Shown piece after piece: positions 37,970 through 50,034 of a DNA stretch of 64,000 bases. The position numbers were made by a program, and so were the translations under genes. Within the stretch, counting starts at the first letter, position 1. Each line of letters starts with the position of its first letter. The notes below the pieces were generated by a model, which worked only from the letters and a program-made list of their open reading frames with translations, did no database searches and was not told where the DNA came from. Origin of the DNA: Phyllosticta citribraziliensis (Eukaryota); assembly GCF_038025025.1 (NCBI RefSeq), contig NW_027117344.1, positions 1,798,001-1,862,000 on the forward strand. The letters run 5' to 3'.

Positions 37970-38742
37970 GGCAACGTCGTCATTTCAAAGGATCAAGAGA
38001 GAAGTTGAACAAGGCAGACGCGACACCAAATGTCTTGCCAGCCTCAAGGAGAAGACGCGGGGAAAAGATAAGATAAGAGGATCTACCCGCCGTGGCGTCA
38101 TTGGCTCTGGACTTGACATGATCGTCGGACCTCGGACACTACCTATTGCAGTCAGAGCACAACCAAAGCGACGCGACGCATGCAGCCGCTATCGTCGGTG
38201 GCCGAAACCACGTACGGCGGGGGATTGTTACAAACCTACCCTACCCACCGTGAGGGGAGTGATAATAGTGTGTATTTGTGCATTTGTCACACTCAAGCCT
38301 TCCGGAACGGATGGCACCCGCAGCCGGATGCTTGGTAATACCAAGATGGCCATAGCTCCCAGCGTCTTCTGCTACGGGCGCTGTCAATTTGGCTTCACTT
38401 TCTCCTCAAACGGCGTGATGGCTGACAATGAGGCAGCAATGTCTTGATCAGCAGTGACATGGAGGCACCAGCTTCTTCTGACAGCAGAGCCAGCGTCTAT
38501 AAACGGCGCGCTGCATCTGGGGCCCTGCAGATGGCACCTGTTACCGGATCCCCACCATCCCAATCTCAGCCCCTAAGCGCCGAACTTTTTCGCACTCGGT
38601 CCCAAGATACACAACGTCGAGTTACACGCCAGCCTCCTCTCCCTTTCTTCGTTGCTGCATCCTCTTGACACTCCTGTCTTTTTCCATCCTCATCTCTGCC
38701 ATTGACCCAAGAGCAGACCCCAGCCGCCCTTCATCACCAACC

Positions 38743-39993
38743 ATGTCGGCCGAAACCCACAACATCGTCGTCCTCGGCGCCTCGTGGTCCGGCTTGAGCG
38801 CCGCCCACTACACGCTCAAGCACATCTTGCCCAAGCTGGCCAACAGCGACACGTACCACGTCTACTTGATCAACAGCTCGCCCGACTTCTACTGGCGCGT
38901 CGCGGGGCCGCGCGCCGCCGTGTCGGCGCAGCTCATGCCAGACGACAAGGTGCTGTACCCCATCGCGCCGGGCTTCGCGCAGTACGACAGCAAGCACTTC
39001 ACCTTCATCGTGGGCACGGCGACGGCGTGGGACCCGACGGCGCGCAGCCTGACGCTCGACACGGCCGGTGGCCAGCAGCAGGTCCTCCCTTACCACGCGC
39101 TGGTCGTGGCGACGGGGACGCGAACGCCCACGCCGCTTCTCTCGCTGCACGCGACGGCCGAGGAGACTAAGAACGAGCTCTCAAAGATCCGCACGGCGCT
39201 GACATCGGCGCAAACGGTCCTGATAGCCGGCGGCGGGCCAGCAGGCGTCGAGACGGCGGGCGAGGTGGGCGAGCTGCTCAACGGGCCGCCGGGCTGGTTC
39301 AGCAGCGGGCCCAAGACCCGCAAAGCCACCATCACCGTCGTGACGGCCGACAGCAAGCTGCTGCCCGCGCTGCGGCCGGCGCTGGCCTCCAAGGCCGAGC
39401 TCTTCCTGTCCAAGGTGGGCGTCGACGTCAAGAAGAACGTGCGCGTCGAGTCGGCCACGCCCGCCGCCGACGGCCAAACCACCGTCAGCCTGTCCAACGG
39501 CGAGACGCAGCTCGTAGACGTCTACATCGCGGCGACGGGCGTCCGGCCCAACACGGCCTTCGTTCCCGCCCACCTGCTCACCGACCGCGGCTACCTCAGC
39601 ACGAACGCGCAGACGCTGCGCGTCGACGCCGCCGGCCCGCGCGTCTTCGCCCTCGGCGACGTCGGCTCCTACACCCGCGGCGGCATCATGGACATCTACG
39701 ACGCCGTCCCCGTCGCCATGACCAATCTGGCGCGCGACCTGGGCGCGTACTCGGCCGACAAGCCCGACGCCGCCCCCGCCGGCCCCGACCGCACCTACAC
39801 GCCCAACCTCAAGGAGACGCAGCTCGTCCCCGTCGGCCAGAGCAAGGGCGTCGGCGCCGTCTTTGGCTGGAAGCTGCCGAGCATGATGGTCTGGGCCATC
39901 AAGGGACGCGACTACATGGTCAGCAATGCGGGCAGCATTGTCGAGGGCTCAAAGTGGGCCAAGGAGAGCAGCTGGAAGCCGACGGATTCGTGA
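38743..39993 (+). CDS. AIF/AMID-like FAD-dependent pyridine nucleotide oxidoreductase
   Basis: IVVLGASWSG, LVVATG, IAGGGPAGVETAGE and VFALGD. Intronless with very strong C/G-ending codons. Confidence 0.92.
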   Translation: MSAETHNIVVLGASWSGLSAAHYTLKHILPKLANSDTYHVYLINSSPDFYWRVAGPRAAVSAQLMPDDKVLYPIAPGFAQYDSKHFTFIVGTATAWDPTARSLTLDTAGGQQQVLPYHALVVATGTRTPTPLLSLHATAEETKNELSKIRTALTSAQTVLIAGGGPAGVETAGEVGELLNGPPGWFSSGPKTRKATITVVTADSKLLPALRPALASKAELFLSKVGVDVKKNVRVESATPAADGQTTVSLSNGETQLVDVYIAATGVRPNTAFVPAHLLTDRGYLSTNAQTLRVDAAGPRVFALGDVGSYTRGGIMDIYDAVPVAMTNLARDLGAYSADKPDAAPAGPDRTYTPNLKETQLVPVGQSKGVGAVFGWKLPSMMVWAIKGRDYMVSNAGSIVEGSKWAKESSWKPTDS

Positions 39994-41640
39994 GAGGTTG
40001 ATCGATGGAGCGAGCGAGTGAGCGAGTGAGATGAGCGGACAAGAGTGGCACAGCGGCGATTGAATCTCGAGGCGCCATCACAGCACGCGAAGGCGGCTGA
40101 GTAGCTCGATTCGAGAGACGGCGAGTACAGTGTCTGGTGGCTCGTTGCGCGTTTCCTTGCAATTCATGGCGGAGCTTTCTTCAGTCACCGTCAGTCGTCT
40201 GGCTTGGTTGACTCTACATTTCCTTTCCCTGTTCAATGTCCTTATTTAGCTTTCTCTAGCGGCTGCTATCCAGCACGAGGAGCACGACTTCTTACCTAAT
40301 GATTACTTCTTTACCTGCATGACGGTTTAAGTCAAGATGCTGGACAGTGACTCGTGGAGCGGCAGCGAAAAGCGCAGGTGGAGGGGCTGTACGTGTGTGC
40401 CGTGAGAGCAGTGTGATGTATGAAGGCCAAGACTTAATTGTTCGCACTGCACGCGAATCGGTGTTGTCAAGTGCATGCAGGATGTACTCTAAATTGACGT
40501 ACACCAAGAGACAATCCGAACAGGAAACAAGCAGCGTCGCCAGGGTGACAAGCACACCGCGCCAAGGGGCACGCGGGAATCACCTGCACTATGGTTGCTT
40601 CAGCACTCAAGTCAATTACACTCGTGTCGTCGACTGACATTTGACAGACCCCTCACCATGCCTAAGCGCCGCTCCGCCATCATCGCCATCATTTACCACC
40701 AACCACCAAACCAAGAGATATGTACAACCACAGCCACACGCGCCGTCCTCGACGCGAACATGTGGGCGGCAACGGGGTCGCACGTCCCGTGAAACAAGGC
40801 GAACCAACCCTTGACGCGCGGATGCACAAGACATGCCATGAAAGCGGCACGATGCGCCCGCCCGCTGAAGAAACATTGGCGCGCCGAAACCAGGCCAATC
40901 AGAAGAGCAATGGGGAGCCAGCCTCCCCGCTTTGCAGTGCAGTGCAGTCCAAGATAAGACAAACCAAGCCACACCCGACCCCCAAAAAGAGAAGTGAAGA
41001 GAAGGCAGGAATCACGACCGCAGCGACTCAGAAGAGAAGGAACGGAGAAGAGAAGCACAGGACCAAAGCAAAAAATGCCTGCGCGCAGCAGGCGGTGGCT
41101 GAATGCAGAGGAGCAGAGAGCCAAATAACAAGGCGGGGCTGAGCCGCGTTGCTAAGCGGCGGAGCAGTGGAGATCATGGCGGGGAGGATATTGTCGGAGA
41201 CGGTGGGGTAGTTTTGCGCAGCCATGCTTGCCGTTGACGTGCTGAGTAGGTATCCCGTCCACGTAGCTTAAAGCCGTGCGAACCTTAATGTGCCCTTGGC
41301 AGATGAGAGGATGCAATTTTTCCAGTCCCGAACACGAGGGGTACGGGGAGCTGGATGAACGCTTGGGGCAAAGAAGTGGAGAGAAGAAGGAACGCAGAAT
41401 GAAGAGAGAATCGTATAACTCGCGGGTATCGCAGGACTGGAAGGACAGATGACATGCTCGTAAGCAGTGCTGATGATCCCAATGAAATCGTGACAGAGAA
41501 CATGTACAGAGAGAAGTAGAGAAATCGCGGCGGGATTGGAACAAGGTCAAGGAGAATAGTGGCAATTGGCCAAAACTCCGTGCCCCTCACGCCAAATGAA
41601 ACGAGGACATTAGAGAAATCTCGCCATTGGAGTATGGCTC

Positions 41641-42815
41641 TCAAACCTCTCGGAATCCTCCCAAGCCGCCGCCCTGTTGACCAGCGCGTAGAGGCGTAGG
41701 CATCGGAGCCGGGCTTTGGCTGGGATTGAAAGCCTGGTATGGGCTAGCCGACTGGTTGCGCTGTATCGGGCTGTGGTTCATTTGCCGTTGGTACGGTGCC
41801 GACGGCGCTCTTTGATACGGGTCGGGCTGTTGGTGACCGTAGACCGGACTCGACCGAGCAGGGGGTGCGTAGGGGTTCTCGCTGTAGTTGGACGGAGAAG
41901 GTGCATTGTATGTGGGGGCTGGCGCAGCCGGGTATCCGCGGTTGGCGTTGTGGTAGGGGGCAGCTTGCGCCGAATCGTAGGATTGACCATAGCCGTCAGC
42001 ATAGTGGTATGGCTGTTGTTCTTGCTGGAACGCGCGGGGTGCAGCGCCTCCGTAACCGCCTTGCGATTGGCCGTAGTATGAGTTGTTCTGGGCGCCATAG
42101 GGCGCGTGTTGCCCATCCTGGAATACACCAGCATCCTGACGGCCGTTGTTGTACCAATCGTTCGCTCCCGGCGTGCCTGGTTGGTGCGGAAGCATTGGAC
42201 TGTTTGGATTGCTGCCGCCGACAGGAGAGCGCCCATTTTGATCCAATCGATCCATTTCCATGGCGCTCGGGTGTTCCGGAGACGGTGTTTCTTCAACCTC
42301 GACTTTTGTTTCTTTGGCGGTATCCCAGCTAGGCATGGCCGGGAGGGCGTCGTCACTTATTTTCCCGTCCTTGGAGACATCAAACGTCGCAGTCTGGGGT
42401 ACGTTGCTCTGCTGCCATCCCGGGCCGGAGTACATGGGCGGGTGTGCCTGGTACGGCTGGTTGACTGGGAAAGCCTGAGGCGGGGGGGATTCGACGCGGC
42501 GATGGCCCTTTCGCGGACCGGGACAGCATGCGTTGCAGCACCTGAAGCAACCACAACAACATTGCGCGCCGCAACACAAACAGCGGAAACAGCACCAAAG
42601 GAGGGAGAGGGCGATGAGGGAGCCTACGACGATGACGACAATGACAGGCCATCTAGGTTGATTGTCAAAAATCCGTCATAGGAAGGTTCGCGGGAGGCTG
42701 CTTACTTGCAGTAGGTCTTTGCCATGCACTTGTCCCACGAGCTGAATGAACTCTTTGCAGCATCAACAGTGGATGCGATGTCGCGACGCCCTATGGGCAT
42801 GAGTGGCGGGACCAT
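41641..42815 (-). CDS. Single-pass membrane protein with Cys-rich juxtamembrane cluster and Pro/Gln/Tyr-rich tail ('fibroin-3-related' fungal family)
   Basis: FSSWDKCMAKTYCK|WPVIVVIIVGSLIAL, with intron 42653-42705, then CCFRCLCCGAQCCCGCFRCCNACC and conserved DALPAMPSW. Start is 42815 or 42800. Confidence 0.82.
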
Positions 42816-43612
42816 TTTGGAGTTGCGAGGGCCGCCGATGCGACACGCTCGAAGCTGGTTAAGCAATGAATCGAATTGTCCGGAGTACGAGGAGGTGGAG
42901 TGTCAGGCGTCGACGATGATGCGAGGGTTTGGATCGGTTCGCGGACTGGTTAGGGGTCGGGGGAAGCAAAGCGCAAACGAGGGGTTCTGGGAGCACAGAC
43001 GATGGTCGATTGAAGTTGGATGGTGAAAGCGAGCGGCGTGGAGGAGGGTGATAAGGATGGGCGGCTTGCAGCATGGAGCACTTTGAGGGCGCCTGAAACA
43101 ACTGGGGCTCGGCGCTCCGCGAGATTGCTACATTTGGGCCCATCTCAATGAAACCGGAATGCGGAACCTGCAGATCTACCGCCACAACCACACACACACC
43201 ACACTTCCCCTTCTTGTGGCGCAGCTGCAGAAGACAAACTCTTCTTTTTTCGTTCATCGCATTCGACTTCGACTCCCGCTGCAGGCCCGCAGAATCCATT
43301 GAGACGTATGCAACCACGCCGGTAGTTCGCTAGTCTGCATGTTCCTAGCACCGCAACGGCCAAGTCCAACGGCTAAATCAGAGATCGACTTGTCCTCGTC
43401 GCCCAGTGGCTGTCCCGCCGCCGTTTTCCGTCTTATGTCATTCCCGCTGCTCCCTGGTACAGCTGGCCTCCGACTACTTTGCTACACAGCCCCCCTTTGT
43501 CAGGTGCCTGCAACGCCTTGAATGCTCCTCTGCAAACTCTACTGCTCAGTCGCTCCGACTCGAGGCTCCAACTGAGACGACTGAAAATAGTGTCGTGATA
43601 GCTTCCTACGCC

Positions 43613-45065
43613 CTACACCTTGACGCTGCGCCCCCTCACGTATACTTTTTGGATGTTGCGGTCGTCCCCAGTCATCAAGAACTTCTCCAAGATGACATCA
43701 AGACCGTCCTCCTCTTCGACAGGGGCAATGACTCCGGCGTCAGCTCCCATCGTATGCACCTCGAGCGCATCAAACTCCTTGCCCTCTGCAAAGTTGCCCA
43801 CCTTGTCGCTCAACCCGCAGACCTTGGCCCCGCCCAGCGTCGCAAGGTAGAAAGTCTCGTTGAGCGAGAGTGCCTCGTCTGCACCTTCGGTGGCCACCTC
43901 GCGCGCCTTGGAGACGATGAAGGCCTGGCGCATGGCGTCGAGGATGGACGAACTGAAGCCGCCGCCGCTGTCGGTGCCCAGCCCGACGTTGAGACCGCGC
44001 CGCAGGTACTCGCGGATCGGCGCCGCCATGAAACCACCTATCGTGGTGTTCGAGATTGGACAGTGTGCGACGCCACACCCGCGCTGCTGGATCTGGTCTA
44101 GCTCGTACTCCTCCAGGTAGATGCAGTGCGCCAGGATGGTGCGCGACGTGAGGAGGTTGTAGTGCGCGTACAGGTCCGCTTCGTTGCTGAACTCGTGGTA
44201 CAGCGTCTTGGTCAGCGCGATTTCGTCCTCGGCCTCGTTGAAATGAGTCTGAATGGGTAGGTCTGGGTTCGCTTGCGCAATCTTGCCCAATCCGCTAAGC
44301 AGCTCGCGGTCGCAGGAGATGGCGAAGCGAGGGGTGAGAATTGGCGTCACCGTCTTTGCCTCTGGATCTAGCCTGCGCACGTGGGCGATGAAGTCTTCAG
44401 TCGCCGCCAGCGAGTCCGCAGCGCTGCTATCGCTGCAATACTCGGGCGAGTTCTGGTTCATGTTGCACTTGCCCACGAGGGCGCGCTGCCCCTTTTCCAA
44501 GCAGAGCTCGGCCAGGATCTTGGTCGCCTCGCCATGCAAGCTGCCGTAGTACGACGCCGTCGTGATGCCTTGCTTGAGGAACCCGTCTACGCACGAAGAG
44601 TACGTCTTGCGGGCGTAGGACGCATCTGCAAATTTGGCCTCATGCGGAAACGTGATTTCGTTGAGCCAGTCGAGCAGCAGTTTTCCACGTCCTGTGCCAC
44701 GTTGCGTCCACTGCGGCGCGTGGTTGTGCGTGTCGACGAAGCCCTGCAAAGTTGCGTCAATCACGGTTGAATGGTATAAATTTCGAATCGTCCCTTACCG
44801 GAATCAAGAATTGCCCTCTCTCCAGATACCGCACCCTCAGGCTGCCAGCGCCAGAGCTGTAGTGCGCCAGCAACCCTGCAACCTGGCTCTTTTCGACGTG
44901 CTCGCGGAAGAGCGAAATCTTGCCATCCGGTCCGATGAGGAGCAGTCCCTTCTCCAGGATTTGGACTTCTTTGGGCGATACGGAGTGGATGATGGTTCCG
45001 TAAAAGGCCTGCTCAAGACGCAGGTCTCGCGCCGATATCTCGAGGCCGCTGGTGTCTGCCGCCAT
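43613..45065 (-). CDS. Guanine deaminase (amidohydrolase family)
   Basis: GFVDTHNHAPQ, LLDWL, TPRFA, QTHFNE, LAHCIY, HCPISN, GLGTDSGGG and GDDRNI. One intron at about 44745-44798. Alternative ATG at 45113. Confidence 0.94.
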
Positions 45066-45666
45066 GCTCAATGACTGCAGAGAATCTGGTGGTAGCTGTG
45101 GCGCAGGAACCATGAATTATGTCGGTCCAAGATCGACTATACGGTGCGACTCTCGGGATACCGCGTCTAGCTTGGAAATGGAGCTGTTTGTCGGTTGTTG
45201 TTGTTTGCTCGACCCCTGTTGCGCTCTGTAAGGGTGAGAGCGGTGAGGTACGAGCGGCATCCACTTTTGCGGGGGTCATCTGGCCATCTGGGGTCACCCT
45301 TCGCCGCAGACAAATCACGTTTCACGACCAAAAGCCATTTTCCAACCCGTTTGAGCTGTGCCTTGTCGACTGCTCAGCGTTGCGTCGGATATCCCTTCAC
45401 TATGATCACCGCCGTCTCCGATGCGGCGCTTCTTACGATTCAACTACAGCTCAACGGGACAACGGGACAGCCGTTTGACTCCGGGAAAGCGACCGTCTTG
45501 GCACATGATTTGCAGTTGGGTGGCTTGTCTGCACATCATCTTTGCATAAAGCTGCGACAATTTTATCGCCCAAGCTTCAATTTCATCAATATATCCATCG
45601 GAAAAGAGGTGGCCGTTGCACAAGGAAAGGAAAGCCGTGCCATCGTTCAACATCGCCATCCGTTTC

Positions 45667-46103
45667 TCAAGACCCGTGGCCCTTGTTCAGCTCTTCCGCC
45701 CTCGCCTTCAACTCTTCCTTCGTCGCCGGCTTGCCAATGTTCTCAGAGATGACAGGACCCTGTGACGTCATCAGTATCGTCCTGCCAACACCCCACTCCC
45801 GCGCTCGACACGTACCGGAGCAGCAGTCAGGTCCGCTGCCGTCGCCTTGGTCTGAGCACCACCCTGGCCATGCTGGTGATGATGAGAGTGCTGTTGCTCT
45901 TGCGCCTTGCTCTCGGCGTCTTTGGCAATCTGCTCGGTGATGTCTGCATGTCAAAACGCGTCAGCTGCTCTATTTCTGCTACGAAATGAACGACATCGCC
46001 ATGTGCGAGGGTTTGGCCATGGCGGAACCTGTTGGAGGACAGCGCCGGCACGCGCGGATCACTACTTACGCTCACCGCTGTGCTCGTTGGGAATGATGGG
46101 CAT
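45667..46103 (-). CDS. Small 82-aa hydrophilic protein, three exons (not recovered as a unit by the ORF track)
   Basis: Exons 46103-46076, 45943-45816 and 45759-45667. Introns GTGAGC..GCTGAC..CAG and GTACGT..ACTGAT..CAG keep frame. Product MPIIPNEHSDITEQIAKDAESKAQEQQHSHHHQHGQGGAQTKATAADLTAAPGPVISENIGKPATKEELKARAEELNKGHGS. Minus-strand TATAAG lies about 125 bp upstream. Confidence 0.8.
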
Positions 46104-47358
46104 GTTTGCGGGTCCAAAAGACTTGTTCGAGGGAGATAATTTGGTTGTTTGACAGGTTGGTAAAGTCGTACGTCTGCAAGAGCTGAGAGAGTTGTTTGGG
46201 TCCAGCTGTCGGGACAGGCAGTCGCTTATATGAACCTTAATGACGTAGGCGGGGGTGCGCCCCGCTGACGACCTAACGCGATTGACCGGTTAGCTTGACT
46301 GCTGACCTCCATCTTAGAACGGCTGCACGAGGCTTACGCAGGTCGATTGCTTTTACGTGCCTGCATGTCTGAACGGCTGTTTGTCACTTGTCATGCTGGT
46401 ATATTCAGGCTGCAGCATCACTTCTCGACGCTCCCGCTATTCCATCAACGGGAGCTATTACGCGATGATTTCCCATCCTGCAAAGACTACCCGCTCACGC
46501 ACTTACATGTGTTTTTGAAAAGACCTTTGAAGCGACATGAAAGCATTAACAATATGGCGCGGTGACGGAAGAGTACCACATATTCAAGCAGTGGGCAGAA
46601 AATCCACGGCTGCAATTTGGAACGAATGCCGGTACCAGTTTCACCGACTTTCGTTAGATTCAAGTTATTCCCAGAAACCTCTCCTCTCAACCTCCTCGGG
46701 GACAACTGACATACCCCGTGGCGACTTTGTCCAGGGGCTGACCTCAACCGCGGTTCAGAATTGGTCAACAGTTGGGCCCACGAGATTCCCGTCGAGGAAC
46801 AATCACGGTTTCGGCCAGTCTAAGCGCATTTTTGATGGGCTCTGAAGCTAACGTGTTAATCACTCGGGATGACTTCCCTTGTTTTGACGATGATGCTTGG
46901 ATATCGTTGTTCTCGCACCACGGATCAGAAGCACGAGTGGGGTTTTCTGAATGGAACCTTGGATCACGGTGCCGCCTGAACGTTTTTGTACTTTTGACTG
47001 GATTGAACATTGGAACACAACACTGCCTCAACGCTTTCTACTTTTGACTGGATTGCGCTTCACCCTACTGCCCTGAGGGTGATGGAGTGCTTCCGGGTTT
47101 CCATCACTCTTTGGCGTATTAATCAGTCTTTTGCCCCAGCAGTCTTCTCCTGTCCCCATGCGAATGCTCCTAACCTGACATCCACAATTTTCAGGAATCA
47201 AACACTGCGCTCTTCGCATCGTCTTCCATCGCGGCACCGCTACAGCCGCAGCCTTGAGTAAGTAACAGACAGCTTTGATTGAAATTTGCGGCAGTGTTTG
47301 ACACGCCACAAGCCACCCCAGCGTCTAAAGCTCCAACAGACCTGCATACTACATCACA

Positions 47359-48753
47359 ATGAATCGACACCCTTTCTCAAGCAATCCTCGCGGCACGAAA
47401 AAGATCCGTGCTATTCGCCGAGTCCAGAGCGACCAGGATCGAGAGCCAACGGTAGATTGGGCGACAGCTCTCAGCAGTTATGCCCGTGGCAGCTTCCACA
47501 CGGTCAAAATAATCCTCGACGAGTCCCAGACAACGTTCTTCGCCAGCGAGGCTTTAATCAGGGCCCATTCAGTCTTCTTCAACACTGCCTTGCGGGAGAT
47601 GTCTCCCTGGGACGAAGCACGGACGAAGCCAGCTGAATTCTTGCGCCCAGAACTGTACCGGGCTCTTAGATTTTACGACCAGAAGACAGTCACGCTCTAT
47701 GGCGACATCTGTCCACGACAATTCAGAATCATCAATTGGTGGACTCACATCAACCACCGAGTCTCAGACAAGGCCCTGGCCCACGTACTGGGTGCCAAAA
47801 TCCTGCTCTGGGTCAAGGTTTGGGTCCTCGCAGACTACCTACTCATGCCGGTTCTCCAAAACCGGATCACCAAGCTCCTCGTCAACAAGTTTAACGCGAG
47901 CTTTTCCGCTGAGCGACCAGGCTTCAAACCGTTCAGAGTTCACAGAGACGCCATCAATTTCGTCTACGAAAATACATTGCCGAACTCCTGCCTGCAGGAG
48001 CTCTTTACGGAGTTTATTGCCTACAGTATCCCGACTCAGGCATTGTGGGCGAGCAAACGACCAAACAAGCGCATCATGAACGGATTCTCCCAAGACGTCG
48101 CCCGTCCCGTCTTAGCCAGGGTGAATCAGCGCGCCAGCAGCCTCCACCACATGGGCTTACTCTATGATATGCCTCCATTTATTGACTCGGCTGGCTTTGC
48201 ACTGAGTCCTGTCAGGTGGTGCCTCGCAAATCTTCGGTACCTCAGTAGGACATGGTACTGGATGTTCGAATGGTTCCGGGTTCCAGACGACGCTCCCGAG
48301 ATCTGGCAGCAATACGCCTGCCATATGGCCTATAGGGCGCTTTCAGGCCCTAACGGCACGCTCCCTTTGGACTGTTACATTTGGCATGTCTTGCTGTTCT
48401 TCGTCGGGATGCGCATCGGCGAGATCGCCAAAGACAACCCGCGCGTCGAGCGCCTGCTCTGGCGCCACGTCGCCAGCCACAACATTTCCATCGTGTGGGT
48501 TCGCGACTTCTCAGCACCGTCAGCCAGACTGCCCACGCATGACCCCTCCGGCCTCAGTCTGCGCGACGAATACGATCGCATTTTCGGAATCACGTTTGCT
48601 CGTTGGTTTAAAGGCATCTTGAACGTCGTCGACATCGACGATGACGGCGCGGCGCCGAACCCTTTCGTGCCGGGGCGGCTCTGGAGGAACGGCCTGCAGA
48701 GCCTCGACAATTTTGTTGATCTGCACGCTTTTTCGGTCGATGAGAGGCGTTGA
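47359..48753 (+). CDS. BTB/POZ-like domain protein
   Basis: 464-aa intronless ORF. VKIILDESQTTFFASEALIRAHSVFFNTAL, VKVWVLADYLLMPVLQN and INFVYENTLPNSCL match the fungal BTB pattern. Confidence 0.72.
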   Translation: MNRHPFSSNPRGTKKIRAIRRVQSDQDREPTVDWATALSSYARGSFHTVKIILDESQTTFFASEALIRAHSVFFNTALREMSPWDEARTKPAEFLRPELYRALRFYDQKTVTLYGDICPRQFRIINWWTHINHRVSDKALAHVLGAKILLWVKVWVLADYLLMPVLQNRITKLLVNKFNASFSAERPGFKPFRVHRDAINFVYENTLPNSCLQELFTEFIAYSIPTQALWASKRPNKRIMNGFSQDVARPVLARVNQRASSLHHMGLLYDMPPFIDSAGFALSPVRWCLANLRYLSRTWYWMFEWFRVPDDAPEIWQQYACHMAYRALSGPNGTLPLDCYIWHVLLFFVGMRIGEIAKDNPRVERLLWRHVASHNISIVWVRDFSAPSARLPTHDPSGLSLRDEYDRIFGITFARWFKGILNVVDIDDDGAAPNPFVPGRLWRNGLQSLDNFVDLHAFSVDERR

Positions 48754-49871
48754 GAGATGGATGGAACTTTAGCCACTTCACAGGTATCGTTGTTCAAGTC
48801 TCGGTGTTTTGTTTCTGGAGACGACGGTTCGAGGATGCTCAAGTCGCGATCAAACAAGAGGTCGACGAAACATGCCTCAGAATATTCTCCTTCCATCCCG
48901 CCGTTTGTGCATTTTGTTTTTTTTTCCGACTTGGACACCGCGCATCTTCCTCTTCTTTCTGTTCCAAAAGTTACATATCGCGTTTTGATCGATCTGGGCA
49001 CCGAGCATCCTTCTCCTTGTTTAAGTACCCCAGCACTGGTGCACCGAGCATTTTGATCTGTACACGTTTGTATGTGTTTTGCAGTTTTGCTTCTAGTCTG
49101 GCGGAGACACCACAGGTCCACGTCGTCCCAGGCGGCCGCTTCCCCTGATGGAGATGCTGAGATGAGCTCATGCTTTTTCTGTCGTTTGTGTTTGTTCTTC
49201 AGTTTGAGAATGCGATTCGGTCCCCCAGAAGCGGCATCGGAGTTGGAGTTGAAGCTGTATACTTCCAATCAACATTTCTATCTACCACCGATGTCCAATG
49301 AAATGTGTCCCAGAACACTGTGGCCCCTGGCCCCGCAATGTTTAATGAAGAGTGCAGATACGCCGATAGTAAGATGAAACGGCGTCCCGTCGTTAGCGAA
49401 TGCCGCTATCGTGGCGACAGGGGCGATGTCGTGCATGCATGAATTCGACCCTGGCGTCGATGCTGCTAAGCGATTTTTGTTTGTTGAAACGACTCGCGGT
49501 GCTTTCGGCGTGCCATGACATTCTCTTGACCAAGAGTTTTCAAGGCGAACAATTTCCGCCTGTTGAAATTGTGTAGAAGCGTTTGCGTGCGAAGATTGAT
49601 TCACTCCAAATATCACAAGAGCCAAGTTGCGGACAAGAATTCAAATTCTCTAATCGGATGAATACCGAGCGGGTTCAATAGTATTCGTGGAGCTTTGCGG
49701 GCGAGTGATGAGAAGCAGCCTGCCGATTAGAGGATTAAAAATTAAAACACAGACCACCGCAGCGCTTCTCCCCTCCCTGCCATCCTTCCAACTCCTGGCG
49801 CCGCCGCTCCCAGTCATCGTTCCCTTCTTTCCCTTCATTCCCCCAAGTGCTGCTTCCTCCTTGGCGTCCTG

Positions 49872-49894
49872 CTCTCTCTCTCTCTCTCTCTCTC
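49872..49894. repeat. (CT)11 microsatellite
   Basis: Direct read. Confidence 0.9.
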
Positions 49895-50034
49895 CATCGA
49901 TCGACCACTACTTGCGTGCCATCTCACTGCTCTAGAAAAACAAGAATTGAAGTTGGGTATTTTGCGTTGCTTGCTTGTTGCTGGGTTTGGGCTTTTTCAA
50001 ATAAATACATTTACCGGAATGGTAAAGAATGCAT

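Noticed and set aside
46340..47310. Overlapping short ORFs upstream of the BTB gene, possible pseudogene
   Set aside because: No recognisable domain and no consistent splice path.
48375..49268. 297-aa minus-strand ORF overlapping the BTB gene end
   Set aside because: No motifs and partly antisense to a better-supported gene.
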